Program-made: the position numbers and the translations under genes
The notes under the pieces: model-generated
Databases searched by the model: none
The model's input: the letters and a program-made list of their open reading frames with translations, nothing else
What the model was told of the DNA's origin: nothing
Assembly: GCA_050084515.1 (NCBI GenBank)
Contig: CM114271.1
Location: 33,976,001 to 34,040,000 of the forward strand
Source: Blasia pusilla
Lineage: Eukaryota
Direction: 5' to 3'
Length of the DNA: 64,000 nucleotides
Shown: positions 1 to 12,616 of the stretch, in pieces
Layout of the letters: every line of letters starts with the position of its first letter
Position numbering within the stretch: the stretch's first letter is position 1

Positions 1-1563
1 GCTTGAAGAATTTGCGCGGGGCCGTGCAAATATGTTCTCAAACCTCATCCGGGCTGCAGGCACTGTTTCGTGGATCTCGGCCGTGAAACGGTGTGATCTC
101 TCATCTGATGGTTTACTCACTAGATTGCTTGCTTGCTTCCATGCCTGCAAGAAACTCAAGGCTGACTTCTCAGTTGCATTGCAGATGGAAAGATGAGATT
201 CAAGGATCACTCAAGATATAGGTGAAACCTACTGAATTATGCCTTTGGGACAATTTGCCTGTGACTATCACCCTTGGAGGTGAATAAGTGGTTTCCGGTT
301 TCCACCATCAACTGCTGAAGGGTTGTTACCCACTAATGGTGGTACCACCTGCAATCCCCACAAATGGCCCTTTTATCTTGAAAATTGTGGAGGGGCCTTT
401 TCCATCTGCAATTCTAGGGACGAACCTTGGGAAGCGCATCACTGCTCCTTTCAGAAAAGAAATTAGAGAATTGTACTATTTAATGCCTTGGTTCATGGAG
501 TACAGATTCCATGGTTTATGTGACACTTGGTTGGGGAGGGAGCAGGCCGTCTCAAGGGTAGTCATATACACAATAAAGGGGAAGGGAAATGGAGAATCCT
601 ATGGAGGACAAGAAAGTAAGTCACAAAATAAGAAAATGAAAAGGTTGGAAAAAAATAATTTTGGATGTCTAAGTTGAGTTACATGATTCGCCTGGACAGA
701 ATTTCGAAACAAAATACGGAAAAGCATCCCTATAATGGGCAGTTTGTTTTATGGGAGTGCCAATACCTAAACGGAAAATGTTGGTTGTGTTTGGCCTCGA
801 AGAAGTTGTTCAAGATAGCTCTATCTTCAAGATAAATGCCTTTAAGTCTTTCGATTGGTAGCAGTTGAGAATCTATTTGTCGTTAAAGACGATTGGAGAT
901 TGATGTGGTGTTTATTTTCCACTTGTGACCATAGTTGTATTTCCCACGTATGTAGAATGGTATAAGCCCCATAATAGTTTTAAAATAAATAAATTATGGC
1001 TATCCAAACTGCATACAATTTGCACTTGGACATGCACTGAGGATTTGCCATTCTTTCTTCCAAAGTAACCCTAATGAAGTAGCATGCCCAAAATATTCAT
1101 TAGTACCCCAAAACACAAGACCAAATTCTTAATTGAAATCCAAAGTGTAATGTGTTTCGTGGATATATTCTCTTTGTCTTTTCTTTTCCCACTAGCACCA
1201 AGGGTTGGAAAAGGAAAACCATATCTTCTTTGAGGCAGACAATAGGTCATCTCTTTGGAAGCCAACCACTTGCTAAGTCCATAAACGATGTGATTCTTGA
1301 ATTCCCCATGAAATTTTCTTTTCAATTTTTTCTCATCCATGTTTGCTTTGAATTATGCTTCTTAGTTTTACTTTGGAAAATTTCATCCTTTTCATGAAAA
1401 AAAAAGAAATTTTAGAAATTTAATAACCTATGAGGTAATATTTTGTAAGGTTAAGAACTCCATGGATGATAGAATTGTACATACTTGAGTGTAAAGGGGA
1501 AAAAAGCACCATCGGAGAAAAGGCAAGGGAAGGGAGAACCCTTGAAGTAAGAAACAAGGGGAT

Positions 1564-2565
1564 TGTCGCGACCCTCATGACCAAACAAATGCCAAGCGGA
1601 ACATCGGAACATTAACAAGCTCACGCTAAGATGGTTTGCGCGTTGGAGTAGTCTCGAAGAAGAAACAAGAGACGAGACGCGAGCGAGGCTTCACATTTCA
1701 GATGTTTGGTGGACCGAGAAACGTGGACCAAACGGAATAAGACTTGAAAGGAGTTGAGTCTAGAAAGTGGGTTGCCAAAAGGAAGAATCCGGATTTGGAA
1801 TGCCACTAGCGTTTGAGAGTTTTAGATTGTATTTATAACCATAACTTTTAGCGCCGAGATGCGTTTGGATTAAAAAAGGGTGTGTTGGAAGGCTTATGGA
1901 AAGCCGGTTCAAACGCACTAAAGATCTCTGCAAACGCATAAGCAGCAGCTGAGAAACTACCCGGAAACGATTGTAAGTGGAGTTGGGTTGAGGGCCACAA
2001 TGAAGGGCCCGACTCTCCTTTTCCAAAGGAGGAGGGGGATTATTGGAGAACCCCAGAAGTTCTAGTAAGGGGGAAGGTCTCTGAGAGTGCTCGGAACTCG
2101 AACCCCACTTTGGGCGCCACGGGGCGGCTCAAGGGCATGGAACGGAACGCAAGTTTGGGGGTTGGGTTGGAAAACCTGCACCAAGTCTATTGAGGCGATT
2201 TTAGACATCCCTCTTGGATTTCACACCGCGACTCAATTACTTGGGTCTCAGTTTGGAACTCACACGAGATCCGTTGAACATTTGGGATCGCTAGGCGCGC
2301 AAGTGCCGTTTTAGATCCCTGGACTAACCAGGAAGTCTGTTCCAAGTCTTGAAGGACTTGCCATGTGTTGGAAACTAGGAAGTAAGGAAGGTTGAGCTTG
2401 ATGAGATGCCGAGTTGAGAATTGGGTGGGTTGGAACGCTGGTTGGCCCGGACTCGACTAACGAGAGTGCGTGTTTGGGTGCAGATCGGCGATGAGATCTT
2501 GTCCTACTGAACGTACGCTTCCGCAACACTAAAGATTGGCGTTCAAGGAGAGTAGGGGCGCGACA
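1564..2565 (+). repeat. 5' LTR (~1.0 kb)
   Basis: Starts TGTCGCGACC, ends GGGGCGCGACA. Matches 7873-8455 plus 22310-22722. Confidence 0.95.
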
Positions 2566-2567
2566 AG

Positions 2568-2579
2568 TGGTATCAGAGC
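2568..2579 (+). other. Primer binding site (initiator tRNA-Met)
   Basis: TGGTATCAGAGC lies 2 nt after the LTR end, the canonical plant tRNA-iMet PBS. Confidence 0.93.
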
Positions 2580-2714
2580 TAATCCTTGGTGAGCGAGAAC
2601 TTGGGGTCGTGGGATCAATCGGACGCTTGGGAAAACTCAAGGTAGCGGCTAGACTCAGACGCTCGAGGAGGGACGCAAGAAACGAGGAGGAGATCTGAGT
2701 GAGTTGGCTTGAAA

Positions 2715-5700
2715 ATGACGATCGAAGGGGAACAACCCAAGAAGCGCCGAATCAAGCGACGTGAACCAAGAGAGGAACCAATGCCATTAGATGAGCTCTT
2801 TGGGAGACTCCCGAAGAGCTGAACGCCAGTCGTGAGGACGTTCTAGAGGCGAATCCTTCCACGGGGCCATCGGGCCCAAACTCAGGGGAACGGACCGAGT
2901 CAGGCCAGGCGTTGGACTTGTTGAAGCTGTTGGTGGAGCAGATATCCCAGCAAAGCAAGCGGATTGCAGAGTTAGAGGCCACCCGAACTCCGGGTGCGGG
3001 CAAAAAGCTCTACAAGACAAACTTGCCCACGCCATTCACTGGGGTGGGGCGCTCGCGGAAAGTGAAGGATTTCCTTATGAAACTGGAACTGTACTTCGAG
3101 GCGCAGAGGGCAGTTGAGCAGGACAAGGTGACGATAGCCGTTACTTTCTTGAAGGATCATGCGTTACAATGGTGGACAACTCAATGAGAGGAATATCTGG
3201 TCGGCGAGTCACCTGTGAGTTGGGAGGAGTTCAAGGTGTTGATTGGGGATTGATTCACTCCGGAGTACCAAGGGTTGCGCGACACGGTGGAATGCGTGCG
3301 GATGCGGCAGAGTGGTTCCTTAAGCGCGTATGTGAGGGAGTTTAGTGCGAAACTGACTTCTCTTCCAAAGATGGATGAGCACGTGAAGAAGGCTATCTTC
3401 AATAGTAGACTCAAGCCGAGCGCTGAAAAGGCCATTTACCGAATGTCGACGTTTCCAGATACCTGCGCGGATCTTCTGAAGCTAGCGGAGCGGATTGGGG
3501 ACGATGAGGTCCAAACCCAGAAATCCTTTGAGCCAAAAGTTTTTTCGAAGAAGTCGAAAAATAAGGAGTTGTTCAAATGAGTCTGGAGTGGGGGCCAGCA
3601 CGATCCAGGAGAGTCATCTGCCCCGGCAGCAAAATGAGTGGAACTTCATGCAAAGCCGAGAGGAGGACAACACTCGAAGTCAGGGAACGGCAAAGGTCAT
3701 ATGCTACAACTGTGGCGAACTGGGGCACCTGGCAAAAGTGTGTTCGAAACCGAAGGTTAGTAATGGGAGTATGATTGCGTTTGTTGCTTAGCATCTGTTG
3801 GCGGGTGATCTCGAGACGTCCCTTCAGGTCACCAAGAGGACGCACAATTTGGTGTACCTAAGATCCAAGATTTCTGATCGCGATGTGTTGTTGCTTGTGG
3901 ATATAGGTGTTTTGCACTCCTTCCTAAGCCCGAGAATCGTGAAGGAACTGGGGTTGTCTACCTCTAAGGCGGATGAGCCCATTCGAGTAGGATTTGCAGG
4001 AGGCAAGTCTCATCGGACTTCTGAATTGGTCTTGGGTTTGACTGTAGGATGCGGGGTATTTGAGTTGAAGGAGAATTTCACTGTGTGTGAAATGGATGGC
4101 ATTGACGGAGTCTTGGGGAATACATTCCTAGATGCGTATGAGGTGGAGTTAAGACGTAGACCCTTGAGGTTGAGCGTCTTGCTAAAAGGCAAACGGTTAC
4201 AGGTGCGGTTGGTCCGTGAGGTTTTGGCGAAAAAGAAGTTAGTGAACTCAATTACAAGGAGGAGCATGACCGAGTTGGAGAATGGATTTCTCTGCTTGAT
4301 GAGACAAGTGGAGGAGGCTACAAGAAGAATACCCAGAGATCAGGACACTGCTTCAAGGGGAATCCTAGAACCACTCTAGGAAGTGGTCAAGGAGTTTGAG
4401 GATGTCTTGGCAAAGGAGCTTCCGACTGAATTGCCGCCACATAGAGCCGTCGATCATAAGATAGAGATCATACCTGGTTCCCAACCGCCTTCAAAAGCAC
4501 CATATAGGTTGAATCAGGAGGAACTTCTTGAGTTGAAAAGGCAGTTAAGTGAGCTCTTGGAAAAGGGTTACATTAGGACTAGCAAGTCACCTTATGGAGC
4601 ACTAGTTCTTTTTGTGAAGAAGAAGGATGGAAAGATGAGGCTATGTGTTGATTACCGTGCGTTGAATAAAGTGACGGTTCGAAACAATTATCCTCTTTCG
4701 AGGATAGATGATCTCTTGGATAGGCTGGTAGGCGCGAGATATTTCAGTAGGATTGACTTGAAGTCAGGATATTACCAGATCCGGATTGCCGAGGCAGATG
4801 TGGAGAAGACTATGTGTAGGACAAGATACAGTTCCTTTGAGTTTGTAGTGATGCTTTTCGGTCTATGTAACGCGCCTCCGACGTTCATCACATTGATGAA
4901 CTCCATTTTTCACAAGGAAATGGATGAGTATGTTATCATCTATATTGATGACATACTTATCTATTCGAAGTCACTAGAGGAGCACGTTCGACATGTGAGA
5001 GCGGTCTTGTCTAAGCTAAGGGCAAATCAACTGTATGCGAATGTAGAGAAGAGCGAATTTGGTTTGAGCAAGATCAAATTCTTGGGTCACGTGGTCAATG
5101 CAGATAGCGTCAGTCCAGACATGGAGAAGGTGAAAGCGATTGTCGAGTGGGAACCCCCATCCACTGTAAAGGGGATGAGGAGGTTCATAGGTGCGGTGCA
5201 ATTCTATCGCACTCATGTGAAAAACTTCTCGGGAATTGTGAGGCCTCTCACGGATTGGACAGCAAAGTTTGCCAATACGACTTGGACCCAGGAAGTTAAT
5301 GAGGCATTCAGCCGAGTGAAGCAGATTCTATCGCAGGAACCAGTATTGAAGCTGCCGGAGTTTGACAAACTGTTCGAAGTGCATACCGATGCTAATGATT
5401 TCACGGTTGCAGGAATGTTGGTGCAAGAAGGGAGACCGGTAGCATACGAGAGCAAGAAGCTGAGCGATACTGAACAGAGATGTCCCACTTGCTTGAGGAA
5501 GTGGCGGCATTATCTAGGGCTCCATAGGACTTGAGTATTCACCGATAATATATCACTAAAGTATTTTGAGACCCAGGATCGAGTGACACCGAAAAAATTG
5601 CGATGGCATGATACCTTGGCGTTGATGGATGTTGAGTTGATTCACAAGCCAGGTAAAGATAATGTGATTCCAGATGCGTTGAGTCGCAAGGAGGAACACA

Positions 5701-7187
5701 TGCCATCGACGACACAGGTCTTGAGAGCAATGTTCCCTAAAGAAATAGACCTGGAAAGAAGGATTCGTGAAGGATATATGAAGGATGCTATGACGGGAGT
5801 GTCGAGGAAGTTGAAGCGGGTGAGAAGGTGGCCAACATAAGTTTTGCTTTACTAAGGTTCAAGCAGAGTAGGATCTATGTAGGGCAAGGTAGGATCGAAC
5901 CAAAGTGTTAGAGAGTGTCCCAACCCTTGGCGGACATAAAGGAGAGAAATCTCGGCCCTGTCAAAGCGGTTCTTTTGGCCCAACATGAAAGAGGATGTTG
6001 CTCAATATGTGAAGACCTATGTGACCTCCCAAGCGAATAGAGTTTCTTATGATAAGAAACAAGGCTTTCTGCATCCCTTGCCGATCCCAAGAGGACCCTT
6101 GCAAAGTGTGAGTATGGATTTCATCACGAGTCTTCCGGAATCCTAGGGATACAACGCTATACTTGTGATTGTTGATCGGTTTAGCAAAATGGCGAGATTC
6201 GTGCCGACGGTGGATTCCGCGATGGCTTATACGACGTCGCAATTGTTTCTCGATAGCTGGTGGCGTGCTCACGGTTTGCCAAGGAGCATTGTTTCAGATC
6301 AGGATCCAAGGTTTACTAGTGCTTTCTGGAAGCACTTGTTCAGGAGGTTTAAGACCAAGCTGAGTTTCAGTACGGCTTTCCACCCACAGTCGGATGGACA
6401 GACTGAAAAGTTAAACTCAATCATGAATCAATACTTAAGGAATTATATCAGTGCTGATCAACGAGATTGGGTCAAGTGGCTGAGCATGGCGGACTACTAC
6501 TACAACTCGACCAAGCATTGTGCAACTGAAGAATCTCCGTTTCTCTTGGCAAATGGACGAGAGCCAGAAGGGCCTCTTGATCTAGCCCTTTCGAAGGGTA
6601 CTACATCGGCACAAAGACAACAAGCGACGGCAGAAGGTTTGTTGGTAGAAATGCGAGAACGGGAAGAGCGAGCAAGGCGAAGTCTTACAAAGGCTCAAAT
6701 GAGGTACGTTAAGCATGCTAACAAGAGTCGGTGCCAAGTACGATTCCAAGTTGGAGAGCAAGTGTGGTTGAGTGTGAAGAATCTCACTCTTCCGAAAGAG
6801 TTTTCTGCAAAGCTGTTTGCCAAGTATGGTGGATCCTATGTGATTGTGGCAAACCCGTTTGAGGATGTGTATACATTGGGGCTGCCGGACCAGTTCAAGA
6901 TTCACCCGACCTTTCATGTGTCATTTTTGAAGAAATATCTTCAAGATAATGGACGTTTCGAGCGGAGACAGGTGGTGAGACCGCACCCGGTGATCATAAA
7001 GGAAGAGCCAGAGTTTGAGGTGAAGACCATCTTACGTTCGAGGCGTCGGGCCAACAAGTATGAATACTTGGTTAAATGGAAGGGCTACCATGTGAAGGAG
7101 GCGACTTGGATTGCGGAGGCGGATTTGGAACACACGCAAGAGTTGTTGCAAGACTTTAAGCGAATGCAAGCGAGGCACATACGTTAG
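2715..7187 (+). pseudogene. gag-pol polyprotein (Gag, zinc knuckle, aspartic protease, RT, RNase H, integrase, chromodomain) with stops and frameshifts
   Basis: CYNCGELGHLAKVC knuckle; degenerate protease site LLVDIG; RLCVDYRALN and YIDDILIYS (RT); FEVHTDA (RNase H); IVSDQDPRF...HPQSDGQTEK (integrase); FEVKTIL...YLVKWKGY...ATW (chromodomain). Confidence 0.95.
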
Positions 7188-7859
7188 TAAGAGGAGAAGC
7201 TAGAGACACGACTTGTAACCATTGGAATCTTGGGCCGAAGGCCGTTGTAACTAGAATATACTAGTGTTGCAATAAAGGAGTGTATGGATTTGGAGATTCG
7301 ATACCAGAGTTGATTGCAATTTGTATGTTGTAGTGCATGGCTATGAGTCGTTCATCATAGGCTTAGGATGTAAAGAGGACATACAAGGAGTATTTGAGGT
7401 GAGAGCTCGTATGTGGATAAGCACCTAGAATAGGACCTTGTGTTGGATTACACTCGGGCTCGCCCTAGCGTCGGCGGGGCAGATGATGTCTGTCTGGGGC
7501 TTGGGGTGATCTTACTTGTGGCTACATAAGTAAACTTAGTGACGCGCCTAAGTAGAATACGAGAGCGACCCAATAGTAGTACGATTTGTAGACCACGTAA
7601 ACAGGTGTGATGTTTATAGGAATGAGCCAGAAGAGTCTAAGGTTGCACACTTAGTTAGCTTATTTGATAGGTTAGTTCTTTGGAAACAGTTCAGGCTTAT
7701 CAAAGAGGAGAGGCTAATAATTCTAAGTGGGACAAAGCGACAACTATAGACTAAGAGGAATTGCGGGTTAGCCACCAGAACGCAATTCAATGTCAAGGGG
7801 TAGGTTGCCCGGGAGACTTGACATAACAAAGGTTTGCGTTGATGAGGGCATCAACCTCT

Positions 7860-7872
7860 AAAGAGGGGTGAG
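7860..7872 (+). other. Polypurine tract
   Basis: AAAGAGGGGTGAG directly precedes the 3' LTR start TGTCGCG at 7873. Confidence 0.85.
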
Positions 7873-8455
7873 TGTCGCGATCCTCATGACCAAACGAATG
7901 CCAAGCGGAACATCGGAACATTAGCGGGCTCACGCTAAGATGGTTTGCGCGTTGGAGTAGTCTCGAAGAAGAGACAAGAGATGAGACGCAAGAGAGGCTT
8001 CACATTTCAGATGTTGTGGTCGCGACCAAGAAACCTGGACCAAACGAGGAATAAGACTTGAAAGGAGTTGAGTCTAGAAAGTGGGTTGCCAAAAGGAAGA
8101 ATCCGGATTTGGAACGCCACTAGCGTTTGAGAGTTTCCGATTGTATTTATAACCATAACTTTTAGCTCCAAGATGCGTTTGGATTAAAAAAAGGTGCTTT
8201 GGAAGGCTTATGGAAAGCCAGTTCAAACGCACTAAAGATCTCTGCAAACGCATAAGCAGCAGCTGAGAAACTACCCGGAAACGACTGTAAGTGGAGTCGG
8301 GTTGAGGGCCACAATGAAGGGCCCGACCCTCCTTTTCCAAAGGGGGAGGGGGGCCCAGAAGTACTAGTAAGGGGGAAGGTCTCCGAGAGTGCTCGAAACT
8401 CGAACCCCACTTTGGGCGCCACGGGGCGGCTCAAGGGCATGAAACGGAACGCAAG
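7873..8455 (+). repeat. 3' LTR, left part (before the MULE insertion)
   Basis: Colinear with 1564-2153 up to ...GGAACGCAAG. Confidence 0.93.
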
Positions 8456-9119
8456 TTTTTTTTTTTGGGGGGATTGGTATTCCAGCGGGAGAGAGGAAGA
8501 GAGGAGAGTCTCTCTTAAGAAAAAAGGGCCAAATCCGCCTCCTCTCTTCAAAACTTTTTGACATATTTGAAATTTTTGTTTGCTTTCAAATTCATGAAAT
8601 CTTTAGAAGAGAATAGATAGTGGTTCACATTTGGCCCTAAAGAAACCTCCTTTTTCTAGGGGGCGAAAAAAAAGTAGACATCATAAGACCACTACAAAAT
8701 TTTTCCGCCACTCTCCATGTGAGCCTAAGTTTCTTAACATGACGTGTCTCGGTCTACAAAAAACAGTGCCCATGGGTATTTTTGTTGGAGGACCACCCGG
8801 ATGCCAACCTCTCTTTTTGCAGGAACTGCATCATGGCCTCTCTGAATTGCCCCATAACCAACTTTCTCGTTGGTTATGAATTGCTCAAGACCAACTTTGT
8901 GAAATGTGAACACATGAGAGGATAATTGAACCAAAAGATTGTTAGTCGTCTGGAGTAAAGAGGAACTGATGTCCCTTCATTGGATCCTAAAGCCGAGAAC
9001 CGAGAATCGCACCCTCCCAACCCGTAGAAAGAAAGCTCACCATAAGAAAGGAAAGATTTTTACAAGTGATTTTCTTCCACCCTCGCACCCACGACAATCT
9101 AATAGGTTGGGAATCCAAA

Positions 9120-9640
9120 ATGGAAACCGGGTAGTAGGAATCTGCACATCTTAGACAAGAAAAGAAGCCTACAATGCTGGTTTGACGAATGTAGGGAACG
9201 ACAAAAGTTAAGAAGCCCGCCACAATGCGTCTGTTGGTCTCACACGGAAAGAGTCCGATCACTCAAGCGATCAGGTCGAATCCGACAACTTGCTTGGAAA
9301 TGGTTAAAACGTTGAAGTGGGCAAAAAGCTCAAAGTTGCAACCCGTCAGAATCATATGGGTTGCAAAATTGTAATTCTGAGTAGCTAAAATAACACAATG
9401 CACTAGTCCCAAAAAACTTTCCAACAAACTTTTACAAACACCATTGTCGGTTGAAAAAATCTCGACCTTTATTACCTCCGAAGGAACCTCGGAAATGTAC
9501 ATTTGACCTAGTCTATGATTTCTTCAGCCTCGTCATCTACAAATTTACTCCTAACTCTCCTCGATGACAGTACAAAAGGAATGTCCTGGGATACAAATGG
9601 CTCCTCTAGCCGATTGTAGACGGGATCGTCGAGAGTGGTA
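9120..9640 (-). pseudogene. Diverged second copy of the C-terminus and 3' flank of the MULE methyltransferase gene
   Basis: HTTLDD...SKFVDDEAEEIID* (stop 9508-9510) parallels HTTLH...ELFDDEAKDFIT* (stop 11660-11662). 9120-9507 aligns by eye to 11298-11659. Confidence 0.7.
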
Positions 9641-11254
9641 TGTCTCACCGGGTAATACATGGCAAAGACACAACCCAGGTGAAAGCGTTGCTACCAAGTT
9701 CGGTCCCATGTAAGAGCTTAGGGCGGATCGAAGATCAGATCTGCAAGATATACTCCTTAATTTGTAAACCCCACCTCTTTACCTTAAGAGGTGGGGGAAC
9801 TCTCTCCACTTCAGTATCACAATCCTATCCTCATCCTACTAACCAAAACTCCTTCCTTTCTCTTGAGTGCTTTGAGTGGAGTGGCAGTGGAACCCAACAA
9901 GCACACTCTACTTAGAAACCCAAGGATGACCACGGCATAAGGTCCTCTGCCTTGGACTAGTTGAATGTACCAAGGCATCCTCTAAAGTACACCCGACTCC
10001 TAACCGATCAGGTAGTGCAATCACCTTCTTCTTCTCCTCGACCTTGCTGATGGTTGTTCTCCCTTCTTGTTCGGGTAGTAGGAGACTTAACAGGCTGAGG
10101 CCAACATACAGGGGAGCTCAAGCATGACCCTCTCTCTCTCCACTCACTAACTCTTATCACTTACAGACACTGGAAGTCCAAGTTGTCACACCTTGGAAGT
10201 AATCATGTGATTGGTGTCAAAGGCCAAGCTTAGGTGGGCGAACAAAGCTTTCAAGCTTTCCAAGCACACCTTGGTGGAGCACAATCTTGGAACCCAAGCT
10301 TGCCTCCCCTCACTTTGGTAGATCCTCTTGTCCTCTCCCTGCACTTTTGAATGATTAGTTGAATCATCTCCAAGAATCTCCCTTCATCAAGCCCTCCCCA
10401 ACTCATCACTCAATCATGCACATACTCGGATACAAGGCAATGGTGTGAACTCATTTCACTGGCTACCTCCCGTGTATCACAAAATCATAGAGTACATGAG
10501 AGACCTTCTTAGTCTCACCCCCCTTCAAGCACACTACACACTACCTAGACTTGGGAGCACAAAACTTTGGTTAGCTTGGCTCAAGAGATCGGTGTCTACT
10601 AGCCAACAACATGTATATGCCCCTTCAAGCAAACCCACCTGAGTATTTATAAGTGAAGTTGAGAGCCCTCTTCTTCCTTGAGCTTCTCTGGTATTCTGGG
10701 TTCCTACCTTCCTAAAAATCTACCTCCCCTAAGCATCTACTCCAAGGCATCTATGCCTGAAATTTCGACCTCATCTACTTGAACCTGTTCTCACTAGCAT
10801 TTCCCAAGCTTGCTTCTTCTCAAGCTGGTTCGAGATTCCTTGGTGCTCCTCACCTGATCTCACCTGATCTCCGCTGCTCCTCGGCTGATAATTACTTCCC
10901 GCTTCCTCACCGATCTCACCTGATCTCCAAAAAATCATTACTTGATCTCCTCGGCTGATAATTACTTCCTCGCTGCTCCTCACCGATCTCCTCAGCTGAT
11001 AATTACTTCCCTGCTGCTCCTCACCTGATCTCACCTGAGTCATGCACCGCTCCTCACCTGATCTCACCCGATCTCACCGATCTCCTCGGTGATAATTACT
11101 TCCCTGCTGCTCCTCACCGATCTCACGTGATCTCCTCACCGGCTGATAATTACTTCCCCCGCTGCTCCTCACCAGACGCCATAATGGTCTCATGTAACCT
11201 GATTTGAGTCCCACCGCTTCTCGGCAATATACCTTGTACGCCCGCAATGTGACA
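9641..11254. mobile_element. Putative solo LTR (~1.6 kb) inside the MULE
   Basis: TGTC...GACA termini, TATA-like TATTTATAAG near 10645, no long ORF. MULE homology stops at 9640 and is visible again by ~11298. No matching TSD. Confidence 0.5.
10845..11172. repeat. Degenerate tandem repeat (CTCCTCACCTGATCTCACC and GCTGATAATTACTTCC modules)
   Basis: About five copies of TGATAATTACTTCC interleaved with CTCACC(T/C)GATCT units. Confidence 0.8.
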
Positions 11255-12353
11255 CCCATCCAAGATCAATACGTGCTCCGCCCTTGGTAATACCATTATG
11301 GAAATCGGACGGGTAGTAGGAATCCAACACGTCTAAGAGAAGAAAAGAAGTCCGCCGCCTTTACGAGTTGAGGGAAGGTGCCAAGGGAAAAATGCCTCTT
11401 AAGTTGGACCAACAGGGAAAGAGTCCGATCAGCAAAGAAGAATCCGACAGGTTGCCGAAAGTGGTAAAAAGGTGTTTGTCGTCAAAAAGTGAAAAGTTGC
11501 AAGCGGGAGAAATCGGACGGGTTGCAAAATAGAAGTCCCTGGAGTACCGATCACATTCAAAAGACATAAAAATTTGAGCAAACTTTTACAAGCACCACCA
11601 TCGTTGAAAAATCATCTCCTTTATATCATCCGAACAAAGCTCGGAACTATACATTTGATCTATGTTATGAAATCTTTTGCCTCATCATCAAATAACTCCC
11701 TACTCCAAACGCTCTAGTCTTGCTGGGTCTTGAGTTCTTTGAACTCACTCGTCATCGTCCTCGAGAGCTCTTGCAAAATTACTTTTGGCCTTGCCCTCCC
11801 GATTTTGGAATCGTTGGAAGTGACGATGGAGTCACTACCAATGGTGGGTGAGGAACCGAGCTCTCGGCCGTGGAGAGTTGTATGCCCCAACGAGCCCTTC
11901 GATTCTCGCCTTTGCCTCCTTGCAAAATTCTGCCTTCCTCGAGGCAAAGAATGTTCCCGCCAGGGACGCTTTGATACTTGCCCCTGAAAGTCCCACTAAG
12001 TCGAACACCAAGTCACCCGGCCTTGAGCAGAGCTCGATGAGCGTTTTCATTAGGGCTGGCGACTTTTCCCTTCCTCCCAGAAGTGGGGTACCGTCTTGCA
12101 TGTAAATTCCCGGGGTGGAATTGTACAAACTATCTAAGCTGTACCCATCTGAGCATGGATCCACAAGATCCTGGATCTTGAACACCTGGAAATTGTGCTC
12201 GGGCCGAACGAAGCAATAAACGTAGGAGTGGTCCATCTGTAAAGAAGCACGTTGGAACCAATGTCAGCAACTTGGCATAATGTGCAACACGTCACCAAAG
12301 AACTCGTCTTGACCCTAGATAACTTTTTTTCAATTACTAACTTTGGATCAATG

Positions 12354-12616
12354 CCGGAGTCCGGCGGGTTGTTTTGTCCTCGACCAACCCGTCCGGAAGG
12401 CGACGGGTTTCGGCCTAGAGCGGCCCATGCTCGGCCGAGAGCAACTCGCTTTCGAAAACACAGGAAAAACCAAAAGCAATCGCAACCTGCCGGGTTCCGA
12501 CGGGGTTGATACACCACGGTTTTCCTGTGTTTCGAATGATGCAACCCGCTTCGGAAACCGACGGGTTGCTTTTAGCCGAGCATGGGCTGCCAACCCGTCG
12601 CCTTCCGACGGGTTGC
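12354..12616. repeat. Palindrome cluster A (~5 copies) in an intron of the MTase domain
   Basis: Example: GCAACCCGCTTCGGAAACCGACGGGTTGC at 12541. All copies lie inside intron 12315-12714. Confidence 0.85.

Noticed and set aside
1-1563. Coding sequence at the window start (ORF 288-677 and the opposite strand)
   Set aside because: No recognisable motif in any frame.
3789-3797. Programmed gag-pol stop readthrough at TAG CAT CTG
   Set aside because: It does not fit UAG-CAR-YYA, and the element has many other inactivating stops, so a mutation is more likely.
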